Source of the DNA: an uncultured Candidatus Saccharimonas sp.
GTDB taxonomy: Bacteria; Patescibacteriota; Saccharimonadia; Saccharimonadales; Saccharimonadaceae
Direction of reading: 5' to 3'
Assembly (NCBI GenBank): GCA_963528875.1
Contig: CAURWT010000002.1
Location: 120,001-152,000 of the forward strand
DNA: 32,000 nt
Position 1 is the first letter of the stretch. Each line of letters starts with the position of its first letter. A model generated the notes under the pieces. That model worked only from the letters and a program-made list of their open reading frames with translations. It had not been told where the DNA came from and ran no database searches. The translations under genes and the position numbers were made by a program. Of the stretch, positions 8,911-16,755 are shown piece after piece.

Positions 8911-10458
8911 TTATATAGCATCTTCACCAAAGAGTTTTTTTATGCGAGCTTCAATTGAACCTTTATGGCGACCGAGCTCTTTACTTAATTTAGCAATTAA
9001 ATCTGCGTCAATTTTTCCATTTGCAAAAACCATTTCTTGCAATTTCGAATCATCAACAAGTCTCCACGCACGATACGCATTTGGATATTCTTTCCGCATT
9101 TTTTCAAGCTTTTCAGCCCAAGTTGTTTTTGATGGTTGCACCTCAACAATTTCGCCCGCTTCACGCTTTTTAGCAACTTCTTTTAAGTGCGAAAAATGCT
9201 TTTCGGCTTTTAAGCTTTCATTTTTAAGTCTAAAATCAATCTTTTGCGCCTCTTCGCTAACCATCAAAGCGGTGCGGTTTATTCCAAGTAAATAGAGTTT
9301 ATCAAGAGAGCGAACACGAGAAAGCGCCACATACCCCATTCCTTCAGAAAAGGCTTTTCGAAGGTCGATTCGAGCGGCATCGAGTGTCATCCCTTGGCTT
9401 TTATGAACTGTAATTGCATATGCTAGTCGGAGTGGAATTTGCATAATACTTGCTCGCTTTTTTTCGCCATCACGCATTTCCCAAGTTTCTGGCGCCATTG
9501 TAATAATTTTACCATTTCGAAATTGAACAATCGGGTAATCTGTTAATCTTTCAAAATCAATAACTTCACCAATTGAACCGTTCACATATTGGCGGTTTTG
9601 GGCATTTTTTACCGCCATCACTAAAGCACCTTTTTTGAGTCGCAAGAGTTCTGGTGCAAGAACGGATTTCTGTAAAGTTTCAACGTAGTTTTTTGCACCA
9701 GTTGTGGTTTGCGCAAAATGAAACTCCTCGCCTTCGAGCTCGGCAAGCTTTTGCTCATTAATTTTATCAACATCGATATTAGTAGTGTGGAGTTCGGTTA
9801 AGTTTTTCAAAAAATCATCACTTTCAAAATTAGGCTCAATATCGATACGATCAAGCAAACTTTGAGCGTGTTTTCGGCGTAAATCATCCGCTCTAAGTGC
9901 GTTTAAAATTTCAGATAGTTCATCATTTTTTTGGCGGTGATTTTCCTCAAGATAGCAAATCGTAAATTCGGCAAGCTTCCAGGCGTTCGAATAAATTGCA
10001 AAACCACCAGTTCGCCCACCAGTTCGGTTAATTGGCGGTAGCTGAAAAAAATCACCACATAAAATTACCTGAATTCCACCAAAAGGTTTATCATTTTGGC
10101 GAATTGTGCGACAAATTTCTTCAACCATGTCTAGTCGAAAATCGTGCAACATAGAGATTTCGTCAATCACCAGAATATCTGTATTTTTAATAATTTCAGC
10201 CCGCGTTTTTGGGAATTTTTCAAAAAATTTTCTCGAAAGATAATCATAAATTCCAATTCCGCTCCAAGCGTGAATGGTGTTTCCTCCAAGATGAGTTGCC
10301 GCTAAACCAGTAGTGGCCGTAACGCTAACCTTTTTTCCAGAATTTTTTGCAAGCTTAATAAACTGATTAAGCGTGAAAGTTTTTCCGCTTCCTGCCGCAC
10401 CAGTTAAAAAAACATTTTCGCCTGAGAGCATAATCTCTAATGCTAACGCTTGCTTCAT
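8911..10458 (-). CDS. SF1B Pif1/RecD-family DNA helicase with a C-terminal HTH-like tail
   Basis: Walker A GAAGSGKTF, TATTGLAA, ILVIDEISM, ILCGDFFQLPP, YAITVHKSQGMTLD and YVALSRV motifs. The C-terminal ..NAYRAWRLVDDSKLQEM....IAKLSKELGRHKGSIEARIKKL tail is typical of bacterial Pif1-like helicases. Confidence 0.85.
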   Translation of the reverse strand: MKQALALEIMLSGENVFLTGAAGSGKTFTLNQFIKLAKNSGKKVSVTATTGLAATHLGGNTIHAWSGIGIYDYLSRKFFEKFPKTRAEIIKNTDILVIDEISMLHDFRLDMVEEICRTIRQNDKPFGGIQVILCGDFFQLPPINRTGGRTGGFAIYSNAWKLAEFTICYLEENHRQKNDELSEILNALRADDLRRKHAQSLLDRIDIEPNFESDDFLKNLTELHTTNIDVDKINEQKLAELEGEEFHFAQTTTGAKNYVETLQKSVLAPELLRLKKGALVMAVKNAQNRQYVNGSIGEVIDFERLTDYPIVQFRNGKIITMAPETWEMRDGEKKRASIMQIPLRLAYAITVHKSQGMTLDAARIDLRKAFSEGMGYVALSRVRSLDKLYLLGINRTALMVSEEAQKIDFRLKNESLKAEKHFSHLKEVAKKREAGEIVEVQPSKTTWAEKLEKMRKEYPNAYRAWRLVDDSKLQEMVFANGKIDADLIAKLSKELGRHKGSIEARIKKLFGEDAI

Positions 10459-10467
10459 TTTCGAAAA

Positions 10468-11565
10468 CTACTCGCTTCCGATCATTCGTGGCGGTTCACC
10501 TTCTGGGCCGTCGAGCAACTTTTTGCTTTTAATTTCATAACGGCGACCAGTGATTTCGCTCAAGATGTAATCTTCATTAATTAAATTCACGAACATATCT
10601 AAATCGTTACTATCCATAATAATGATTGCACCGTTGTCGTCCGTCATTAATTCAAGCTGCATTTCATCGGCGTATTCAACCACTTTTTCTTGCGAAATTT
10701 CACCAATTTCATCCATTTTTTGTAATTTCGTAGCAGCTTTTTTATGCTCGCGAACCAAAGTTTGCAAATCTAAACCATCAGGAAAACTCAATTTATACTT
10801 TCTTTCGATTTCCAAAACTTTTTTATCAGCTAAAACTTGTTTTTTATAATCGTAATTAAAGAGTTTTTCAAATTTTCCTTGATTGAAAATAAAAATATCA
10901 TTATTTACGATCAAAACTTGATTATCTGGCTGGATTTTTAAACCAAATTCAGGCTCAAATGCACCAAATTTACCATTTCGAAATTCCCAAGCTGTTGCTC
11001 CGCGCAAAACCTGCCCTTGCATAATTTGTTTAGCAACATAAAATTTCTCGCCTTTCGAATTTGTAAACCTTGCCAAAATTCCTTTAATCCGCTTAAAATC
11101 ATGTTCGTTTTCATTAAATTCCACAATGTCGGAATATTGCGTTTCAATTATATTTAATAGCGCATTAGCGTGTTGAACTTTTTGTAGTTCAGTTTTTAAA
11201 AGCACATCTTTGCCCGCGCCACCATCCATTTCATAGTCTCGCACGCTCAAACCAGTTCCTGCACCCATATTTACGAAATTAATCATATCAAACAAAAACA
11301 ACGGCTTAATTTGCGAGTTCAATTCGCTTGAAAAACTAGTTGTAAAAGGCACAAAATTTTTATTAAATAAGAAAAATTCTACATCAAGCTCATTTTTGAT
11401 TCCATCAGTCAAATTTGCCCACTGAAAAATATCAGTTGATTCATCTTTTTTCGAATTTTCAGCTTCTTCAAAATTTTGTTCTTCATTTAAAATTTCAGCC
11501 TTATTTTCTGTCAGGTTTTCAGTATTTTTAATCTCAGCGTTTTCAGTTCTAATATCTTCTTCCAT
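10468..11565 (-). CDS. Hypothetical protein with an acidic disordered N-terminus; possibly KwaB/DUF4868-like (unverified)
   Basis: 365-aa ORF ending 10 bp before the helicase start. Residues 1-45 are Glu/Asn-rich. No catalytic motif recognised. The central/C-terminal pattern (..FYVAKQI..VLIVNNDIFIFNQGKFEKLFNYDYKK..) recalls DUF4868 from memory only. Confidence 0.7.
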   Translation of the reverse strand: MEEDIRTENAEIKNTENLTENKAEILNEEQNFEEAENSKKDESTDIFQWANLTDGIKNELDVEFFLFNKNFVPFTTSFSSELNSQIKPLFLFDMINFVNMGAGTGLSVRDYEMDGGAGKDVLLKTELQKVQHANALLNIIETQYSDIVEFNENEHDFKRIKGILARFTNSKGEKFYVAKQIMQGQVLRGATAWEFRNGKFGAFEPEFGLKIQPDNQVLIVNNDIFIFNQGKFEKLFNYDYKKQVLADKKVLEIERKYKLSFPDGLDLQTLVREHKKAATKLQKMDEIGEISQEKVVEYADEMQLELMTDDNGAIIIMDSNDLDMFVNLINEDYILSEITGRRYEIKSKKLLDGPEGEPPRMIGSE

Positions 11566-11573
11566 ATAGTTCT

Positions 11574-11582
11574 ATTATACCA
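11574..11582 (-). promoter_or_regulatory. Extended -10 TGGTATAAT, 8 nt from the ATG of the 365-aa gene (leaderless type)
   Basis: The minus strand reads TGGTATAAT-AGAACTAT-ATGGAAGAAG. Confidence 0.6.
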
Positions 11583-11604
11583 CAGCCTAGACAGCAAGTC
11601 CAAG
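11574..11604 (-). repeat. Promoter-module direct repeat, copy 1
   Basis: Plus strand reads attataccacagcctagacagcaagtccaag. It differs from copy 2 at two bases plus a 1-nt indel. Confidence 0.8.
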
Positions 11605-11674
11605 ACAACAAAACTAATATGCGACACCTTTATTAAACCTAAAAAATAATCATAGTTGCATATATACTATGATT

Positions 11675-11704
11675 ATTATACCACAGCTCAGACAGCAGTC
11701 CAAG
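11675..11704 (-). repeat. Promoter-module direct repeat, copy 2 (probably a decayed duplicate)
   Basis: Plus strand reads attataccacagctcagacagcagtccaag. On the minus strand it is followed by an 8-bp hairpin (11649-11673) plus a U-tract, and only a 3-codon ORF. Confidence 0.8.
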
Positions 11705-11735
11705 TAACCATTATAAACTATACCTATAACTCATC

Positions 11736-11760
11736 AAAACGCCCTTTTATAGGGCGTTTT
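11736..11760 (-). terminator. Terminator hairpin after the PHP-ATPase gene
   Basis: AAAACGCCC-ttttata-GGGCGTTTT, a perfect 9-bp stem with A/T runs on both sides, 13 bp after the stop codon. Confidence 0.7.
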
Positions 11761-11772
11761 GACTTTGATAGA

Positions 11773-14358
11773 TTATAATTCTTCTTGTAAGTCATATTTA
11801 CTTTCTCGTTTAAGGAAAGCTATTCGACCTCCTTCGAGAATATCACAAACGTGTTCTTTGATGCTATATCTCTGCAGTAAAAATTGGCTTTTCTCGTCCT
11901 TGACTATACTTTCCAAGGCACCACTTACATAATCGAAGACTTTACCATTTTTATTTTTGGAAACATCCGATTCTTGATTTGCAACAATAACATTCTCACA
12001 ATCTCCTGCAACAACAATATTAGGGTTATGAGTAACAAGAATAATCTGACGATTTAATTTCGTCTTTTTTATATAAGCCGTTAATTCATTATATATAGCA
12101 CGATTATCCAGACTATCTTCTGGCTGGTCAATTAAGACTGGAATTTTACTATCTGAGAAATCTAAAATCAGTTTCAGAACGATAAATGCTTTCTTGCCGG
12201 GTGACATTTGTTCAAATTTATCCTTCTGATATTCGATGTCAAAACGATAAGAATAAAAATTTTTGCCGAAAAAATACTCAATATGAGATAACTTATCTCT
12301 ATTACCATTAAAAGTTAAGGTGTCGTCTTCAAAAATCTTATCAACTACGGTATCGAAATTCTCTTCCAAATTATCAATAAAATCCTGTTTAGCGTGGCCT
12401 CTCGCATTGATATAATCAAACTCAGAATGTAAATCATTTAATGAAAAATTGATAGTTATCTTTAAACCATCTTTCTCTGATATGTCAAAAGAATCTTGCA
12501 GTTCGGTTCTAAAAATTGAGTATTGTTTATACTTTAGGATAATATCATTTTTAATTCTATTTTCTTTATCAGTAAGGGATTTTAATCTACTATTAAATTT
12601 ATCAATCTTAGATAGAATTTCATTTTCCGACTTAATTGACGCATCTAGCTTGACAACTTCATTATTACTCTCTAAATATTGAGTACACTTCTGAAATAAC
12701 TTGTCATTCTTTATAGTATCTATCTTTTCCTCAATACTATGAATTGTTTTAGTTACGTTAGACTTAAGTTTTTCTACTTTATCTTTAAATTCTTTCCGTA
12801 TATTTTCATTCAAAGATTCAACGATAATGTCCAACTCATTTTGGAGAAATTCAGAAGGTTCATCAAATCTATCACAACGAAGCTCTACATCCGAGATAAA
12901 TAATTCAGCTATATAATTCAAATCAGACTGATGAGAGGTTTTTTTCAATATATTTATTTTTAACTCCTCATTCATTTTATCGAATGATTCTCGCTCAATA
13001 TCGGTTATAGAACCATTTTTTAATAATTTTTGCTTTTTGTTTTCATAGATTTTAATTCTATCTAAAGTCGCCTGTCTTTCTTCTTCAGGCTTAACTAATT
13101 CATTCTGTGAACGCTTAGTCTCCTTATACTCATGAAATAAATGTCGAATTTCACTTTGTAAGTTACTACACTTTTGGTCATATATTTTTATTGCTGAATC
13201 CATTCCCTTGGATTGTATTATATCTCCAACCAAATCCTTCAGTTTGCTATTATCTTTAGCTAAAGAAAACATATACTCTTGAGGTATGTAATGAATTTTT
13301 CTAGAATCATCCTCTTTGCCGTCTCTCCAAACAACACGAAAATTATCCAAGTCTTTAAAATAATAGCTTCCCTCATCTATGCTATTCCCTAATTTTTTAG
13401 CAATCGAATTTAATAATGTTGATTTTCCTGTAGACCGACCTCCGATAATAGTATTTAGATTTTCAGATAGATAAATTTCTTCTCCTGGATAACCAATTCT
13501 ATCAATCACAAGCTCATCTTTTTCAAGTAATGGCTTTTCTTTTGATAAACTAATACGATATTCAGGTTCATATTTTATCTGTCTTAATCCATCGAAGGTT
13601 AGATCAGCCTTTATCCAAGAATACTTCATTCCTATTTGCTCCAATGAATGAGCGTCTGAAGATTGGAGTAAGGGTTTAATATATTTTGGATGATTCAGCC
13701 AGTACTCTCTATCTTTGAAAGTATTATCATGAGAACATTTAGTATCTTGACAGTCATCGGGATTATCGCAGCTAGAATGAAGTATGAAGTCTGAATTTCG
13801 ACAAACATCTTCATAGATAGAACTAATTTTCACTCTCGCATTTCCGTGCCCCCTCGACAAAAATCCTTTTAAATATCTGCCATTTAATTCTTCATCGCCT
13901 TCCAGAGTAGATATAAGGCTATTAAAAGGGACACTTGCCGAATTGTCGATTTCACTCTTTGTCAACCTATTAAAGGATTTATCAGTATTACCAATTTTTG
14001 CCTTTAAATTGGCTAATAAATTTTTGATAATTTGATTTTCTATACTATTGTCAAAAATAACATGATAATCAAAAAACTGATTTGAGTTATTCGTATTAGT
14101 GAGTCTAACCTCAAGGTTTAAAAATGTAACAATACCTGCAGAATTTAGCTTATCCTTCAATATAAAATCTTCATCTTTAAAATTGAAATAATTAGTTAAA
14201 CCAACTGCTGAAATTCCCTCATCCTTAAGTTTCTTGATAAACTGTTCAATATCGGGACTACCGTCTGCCAAATGTTCAAAATTATTATTCAATATCGTAT
14301 ATGGTGAATGTATATGTAAATCCCATTTTCTAAATTCCGAACCTCTATTAACTGTCAT
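11773..14358 (-). CDS. PHP-domain phosphoesterase fused to a Rad50/SbcC-like ABC ATPase; PplA-like (Gao_Ppl) / TrlF-like putative defence protein
   Basis: N-terminal PHP signatures (RKWDLHIHSPYT, ..SSDAHSLEQIG). Walker A IIGGRSTGKSTLLN. About 250 aa of coiled coil. Then SPGKKAFIVL.., Walker B PVLIDQPEDSLD and H-loop LVTHNPN. Start set to the ATG at 14358, preceded by GGAGGTTATT. The in-frame ATG at 14370 is an alternative. Confidence 0.85.
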   Translation of the reverse strand: MTVNRGSEFRKWDLHIHSPYTILNNNFEHLADGSPDIEQFIKKLKDEGISAVGLTNYFNFKDEDFILKDKLNSAGIVTFLNLEVRLTNTNNSNQFFDYHVIFDNSIENQIIKNLLANLKAKIGNTDKSFNRLTKSEIDNSASVPFNSLISTLEGDEELNGRYLKGFLSRGHGNARVKISSIYEDVCRNSDFILHSSCDNPDDCQDTKCSHDNTFKDREYWLNHPKYIKPLLQSSDAHSLEQIGMKYSWIKADLTFDGLRQIKYEPEYRISLSKEKPLLEKDELVIDRIGYPGEEIYLSENLNTIIGGRSTGKSTLLNSIAKKLGNSIDEGSYYFKDLDNFRVVWRDGKEDDSRKIHYIPQEYMFSLAKDNSKLKDLVGDIIQSKGMDSAIKIYDQKCSNLQSEIRHLFHEYKETKRSQNELVKPEEERQATLDRIKIYENKKQKLLKNGSITDIERESFDKMNEELKINILKKTSHQSDLNYIAELFISDVELRCDRFDEPSEFLQNELDIIVESLNENIRKEFKDKVEKLKSNVTKTIHSIEEKIDTIKNDKLFQKCTQYLESNNEVVKLDASIKSENEILSKIDKFNSRLKSLTDKENRIKNDIILKYKQYSIFRTELQDSFDISEKDGLKITINFSLNDLHSEFDYINARGHAKQDFIDNLEENFDTVVDKIFEDDTLTFNGNRDKLSHIEYFFGKNFYSYRFDIEYQKDKFEQMSPGKKAFIVLKLILDFSDSKIPVLIDQPEDSLDNRAIYNELTAYIKKTKLNRQIILVTHNPNIVVAGDCENVIVANQESDVSKNKNGKVFDYVSGALESIVKDEKSQFLLQRYSIKEHVCDILEGGRIAFLKRESKYDLQEEL

Positions 14359-14370
14359 AATAACCTCCAT

Positions 14371-14638
14371 ATATAGTTCTATAAGATTCTCAGAGTTTCC
14401 TTAACCCTATCCTTACTAATCGTCTCATTGAAGAACGGTAAGCCTACAATACGATAACGGCACACCTTCCACCATAAAGGTGTCATTTTGTGCCAGAAGG
14501 TGTTCCAGTTCTTGTTTCATATAAAGTTTACCTTTCAGTTATATTTTAGCGAAGGGCTGATAGGATTCCTTTATTATGAATATAATAAAGAAAGGTTACC
14601 CTTCGGGTTTTTCAAATTTTTCTGATTCTATTATACCA
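14371..14638 (-). promoter_or_regulatory. TGGTATAAT promoter (14630-14638) plus a structured 5' leader of about 260 nt for the PHP-ATPase gene
   Basis: Only promoter-like element upstream of the gene. The leader holds a 12-bp AU hairpin (about 14566-14593) enclosed by CGAAGGG/CCCTTCG pairing. It also has mutually exclusive pairings among ACACCTT, ACACCTT and AAGGTGT copies at 14459-14507. Confidence 0.5.
14425..14520 (-). CDS. Possible 31-aa upstream ORF (MKQELEHLLAQNDTFMVEGVPLSYCRLTVLQ)
   Basis: ATG preceded by GAAAGGTAA about 10 nt upstream; TGA stop. It spans the alternative-pairing region of the leader. No homology recognised. Confidence 0.25.
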   Translation of the reverse strand: MKQELEHLLAQNDTFMVEGVPLSYCRLTVLQ

Positions 14639-14770
14639 TAAACATTAAAAAATATTTATATCTGATTAAATATTAGTCGAATATCAGAAAAAACTCACCC
14701 GTCAATAGCTCGTTATGCTTATAGAATAAGACAAATAATCTCTTTAAAAATTGCTGATTTTAACTTTTTA

Positions 14771-14779
14771 TGATACAAT
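14771..14779 (+). promoter_or_regulatory. Extended -10 TGATACAAT, 6 nt from the methyltransferase ATG (leaderless type)
   Basis: The plus strand reads tTGATACAATtaaagaATG. Confidence 0.55.
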
Positions 14780-14785
14780 TAAAGA

Positions 14786-16012
14786 ATGAAAATTGCAATT
14801 TTAGGGCGTCAGCCAAGTATCGGGATTGCCGAACTCGAAAGTGTTTTTGGCGGCGATAAAATTCGCGTACTGGGTGATTACGCCTGTCTTATAGAAACTG
14901 AAAAACTCAATGTTTCGCATTTTGGCTCAATTTTAAAAACAGGCCAAGTTGTTTTTGAAGTCAATTCAACGGATTGGCGAGATGTTTCAAAAAAAATAAC
15001 CAAAATTTTTGAACACGATTTTGCGGATTTTAGCGGAAAAATCACACTAGGAATTTCAACCTATGGCTTAAAAACTCGGGCAAACGAAGTTTCGAAAACT
15101 GGAACAATTATTAAACAAAAGCTTAAAAATCACGGCGTTTCAGTGCGAATAATCCCTTCAAAAAATACTGAGCTTTCAACCGCAATTTCGCATAATAATA
15201 AGCTTGGCTTAAGCGAGAAAAAAATCGAAATTTTAGTAGTTCGTGGCGGCAAAAAAACAATTATTGCTTTAAGTGAAGGTGCACAAAATATCACAAACTA
15301 CGCTAGACGTGATCAAAACAGACCAAAGCGCGATGCTTTTGTTGGGATGCTGCCACCAAAACTCGCTCAAACAATGATCAATCTCGGTGTTGGCGAAAAT
15401 CAGCCACAGATTCAAGCACTTTTCGGTAAAAAAACTTTCGAAAATCCAGAAATCCTCGATCCTTTTTGCGGAACTGGCACAGTTATTCAAGAAGCACTTC
15501 TAAAAGGTTTTAAAGCAAACGGGACGGATTTGAGCGAAAAGATGGTGGAGTTTTCGAAAGAAAATAGTGATTGGTTTGTGCGGGAGTTTAAACCGCATGG
15601 TGAACTTGGAGAAATTTACGAAGCTGATGCTACAATTGAAAAATGGAGTTTTGCAAAAAAACTTTCAAGCGTAGTTTGCGAGACTTACTTAGGGCAACCA
15701 TTTTCTGCTCCACCTTCACCCAAAAAATTAGCAGAAGTTCGCGAAAATTGCAACCGTATAATTTCGAACTTTTTGAAGAATTTATCGCAGCAAATTCCAG
15801 AAGGCACACAGATTTGTATTGCTGTTCCTGCTTGGAAAACGCAAAATGGTGATTTTTCTCATCTTCCACTTATTGACTTTTTAAATGAGCTGGGTTATAA
15901 TAGAAAGGAATTTATGCGCGTTAAACCACAAGATCTAATATATTATCGCGAAGATCAAGTTGTGGCGCGTGAATTATTAGTACTAATAAGGAGTAAAAAT
16001 GTCACACGTTAA
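14786..16012 (+). CDS. Putative SAM-dependent RNA/DNA methyltransferase (UPF0020/THUMP-associated type)
   Basis: 408 aa with motif I ILDPFCGTGTVIQEA and a downstream ..CETYLGQPF.. segment in the (D/N)PPY position. The N-terminal roughly 190 aa form an unassigned domain. Confidence 0.65.
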   Translation: MKIAILGRQPSIGIAELESVFGGDKIRVLGDYACLIETEKLNVSHFGSILKTGQVVFEVNSTDWRDVSKKITKIFEHDFADFSGKITLGISTYGLKTRANEVSKTGTIIKQKLKNHGVSVRIIPSKNTELSTAISHNNKLGLSEKKIEILVVRGGKKTIIALSEGAQNITNYARRDQNRPKRDAFVGMLPPKLAQTMINLGVGENQPQIQALFGKKTFENPEILDPFCGTGTVIQEALLKGFKANGTDLSEKMVEFSKENSDWFVREFKPHGELGEIYEADATIEKWSFAKKLSSVVCETYLGQPFSAPPSPKKLAEVRENCNRIISNFLKNLSQQIPEGTQICIAVPAWKTQNGDFSHLPLIDFLNELGYNRKEFMRVKPQDLIYYREDQVVARELLVLIRSKNVTR

Positions 16013-16277
16013 ATCGGGTGGTTCAAGTAAGAACATCCACAACAACGCCGGTCAACGCCTTGGTGTTAAACGATTTGGTGGCCAAAAAGTTAACGAGGGC
16101 GAAGTTCTCGTTCGACAGACTGGTGCAACTAAATTGGCTGGCGAAGGAACTTACATGAGCCGGAATTTCACGATTCACGCCAAACAAGACGGTGTTGTGA
16201 AATTTAAACAAATCCAAAAACGCAAATTTACTGGCAAAACAGAACGACGCACAGTTGTAGAAGTTGTTGCTGCGTAA
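15999..16277 (+). CDS. rpmA: 50S ribosomal protein L27
   Basis: MSHVKSGGSSKNIHNNAGQRLGVKRFGGQKV..GEVLVRQTG.. matches the conserved L27 N-terminus. SD AAGGAG. Overlaps the upstream gene by 14 nt. Confidence 0.95.
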   Translation: MSHVKSGGSSKNIHNNAGQRLGVKRFGGQKVNEGEVLVRQTGATKLAGEGTYMSRNFTIHAKQDGVVKFKQIQKRKFTGKTERRTVVEVVAA

Positions 16278-16284
16278 TTGCAAT

Positions 16285-16320
16285 AAAAAATGAGCCTTTC
16301 GAAAGATTGACTCATTTTTT
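16285..16320. terminator. Bidirectional terminator between convergent rpmA and a response-regulator gene
   Basis: AAAAAATGAG...CTCATTTTTT is a perfect 10-bp stem. The loop contains the palindrome CTTTCGAAAG. Confidence 0.7.
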
Positions 16321-16341
16321 ATTTTACTCATTTTAGACCTG

Positions 16342-16731
16342 CTAGTAATCTTCACCAATGCCCAAATGTTCACGAACCTTCTCAATCACATCTGAAATCA
16401 TCACCTGAGATTTAACAAGATATTCATCAACGCCAAGTTTTTCAGCTCGCTCACGATCACTTTCTTGGCTTAAAGCGGTAAGCATAATAATTTGCAGATT
16501 CATTGTTTCAGGAGTATTTCGAAGAATATCTAACACATCAAAGCCCGAAATTTTTGGCATCATTGCATCAAGAATCATTAAATCTGGACGATATTTTAAA
16601 GCTGCAGTCAACGCTTGCTCGCCGTCATGAACTTCCATAACCTCAAAATCCTCCATTTCAAGCCTTGCACGATATACGCTAGCCAAAACCTCATCGTCTT
16701 CAACTAATAAGATCTTTTTTCTTGCTTCCAT
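16342..16731 (-). CDS. Receiver-only (CheY-like) response regulator
   Basis: KILLVEDDE.., ..DLMILDAMMPKISGF.., ..IIMLTA.. and ..K motifs with no output domain. Start trimmed to the ATG at 16731, preceded by GGAGGGAAA. Confidence 0.85.
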   Translation of the reverse strand: MEARKKILLVEDDEVLASVYRARLEMEDFEVMEVHDGEQALTAALKYRPDLMILDAMMPKISGFDVLDILRNTPETMNLQIIMLTALSQESDRERAEKLGVDEYLVKSQVMISDVIEKVREHLGIGEDY

Positions 16732-16755
16732 TTTCCCTCCTAAATAGTTCTGCAA

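Noticed and set aside
14389-14622. The idea that the PHP-ATPase leader is a MITE-like insertion flanked by an ATAGAA target duplication.
   Set aside because: The flanking ATAGAA repeat is real. The putative terminal inverted repeats (AGAATCAGA versus AGATTCTCAGA) are too imperfect, and no second copy exists in the window. It is reported only as a split promoter module.
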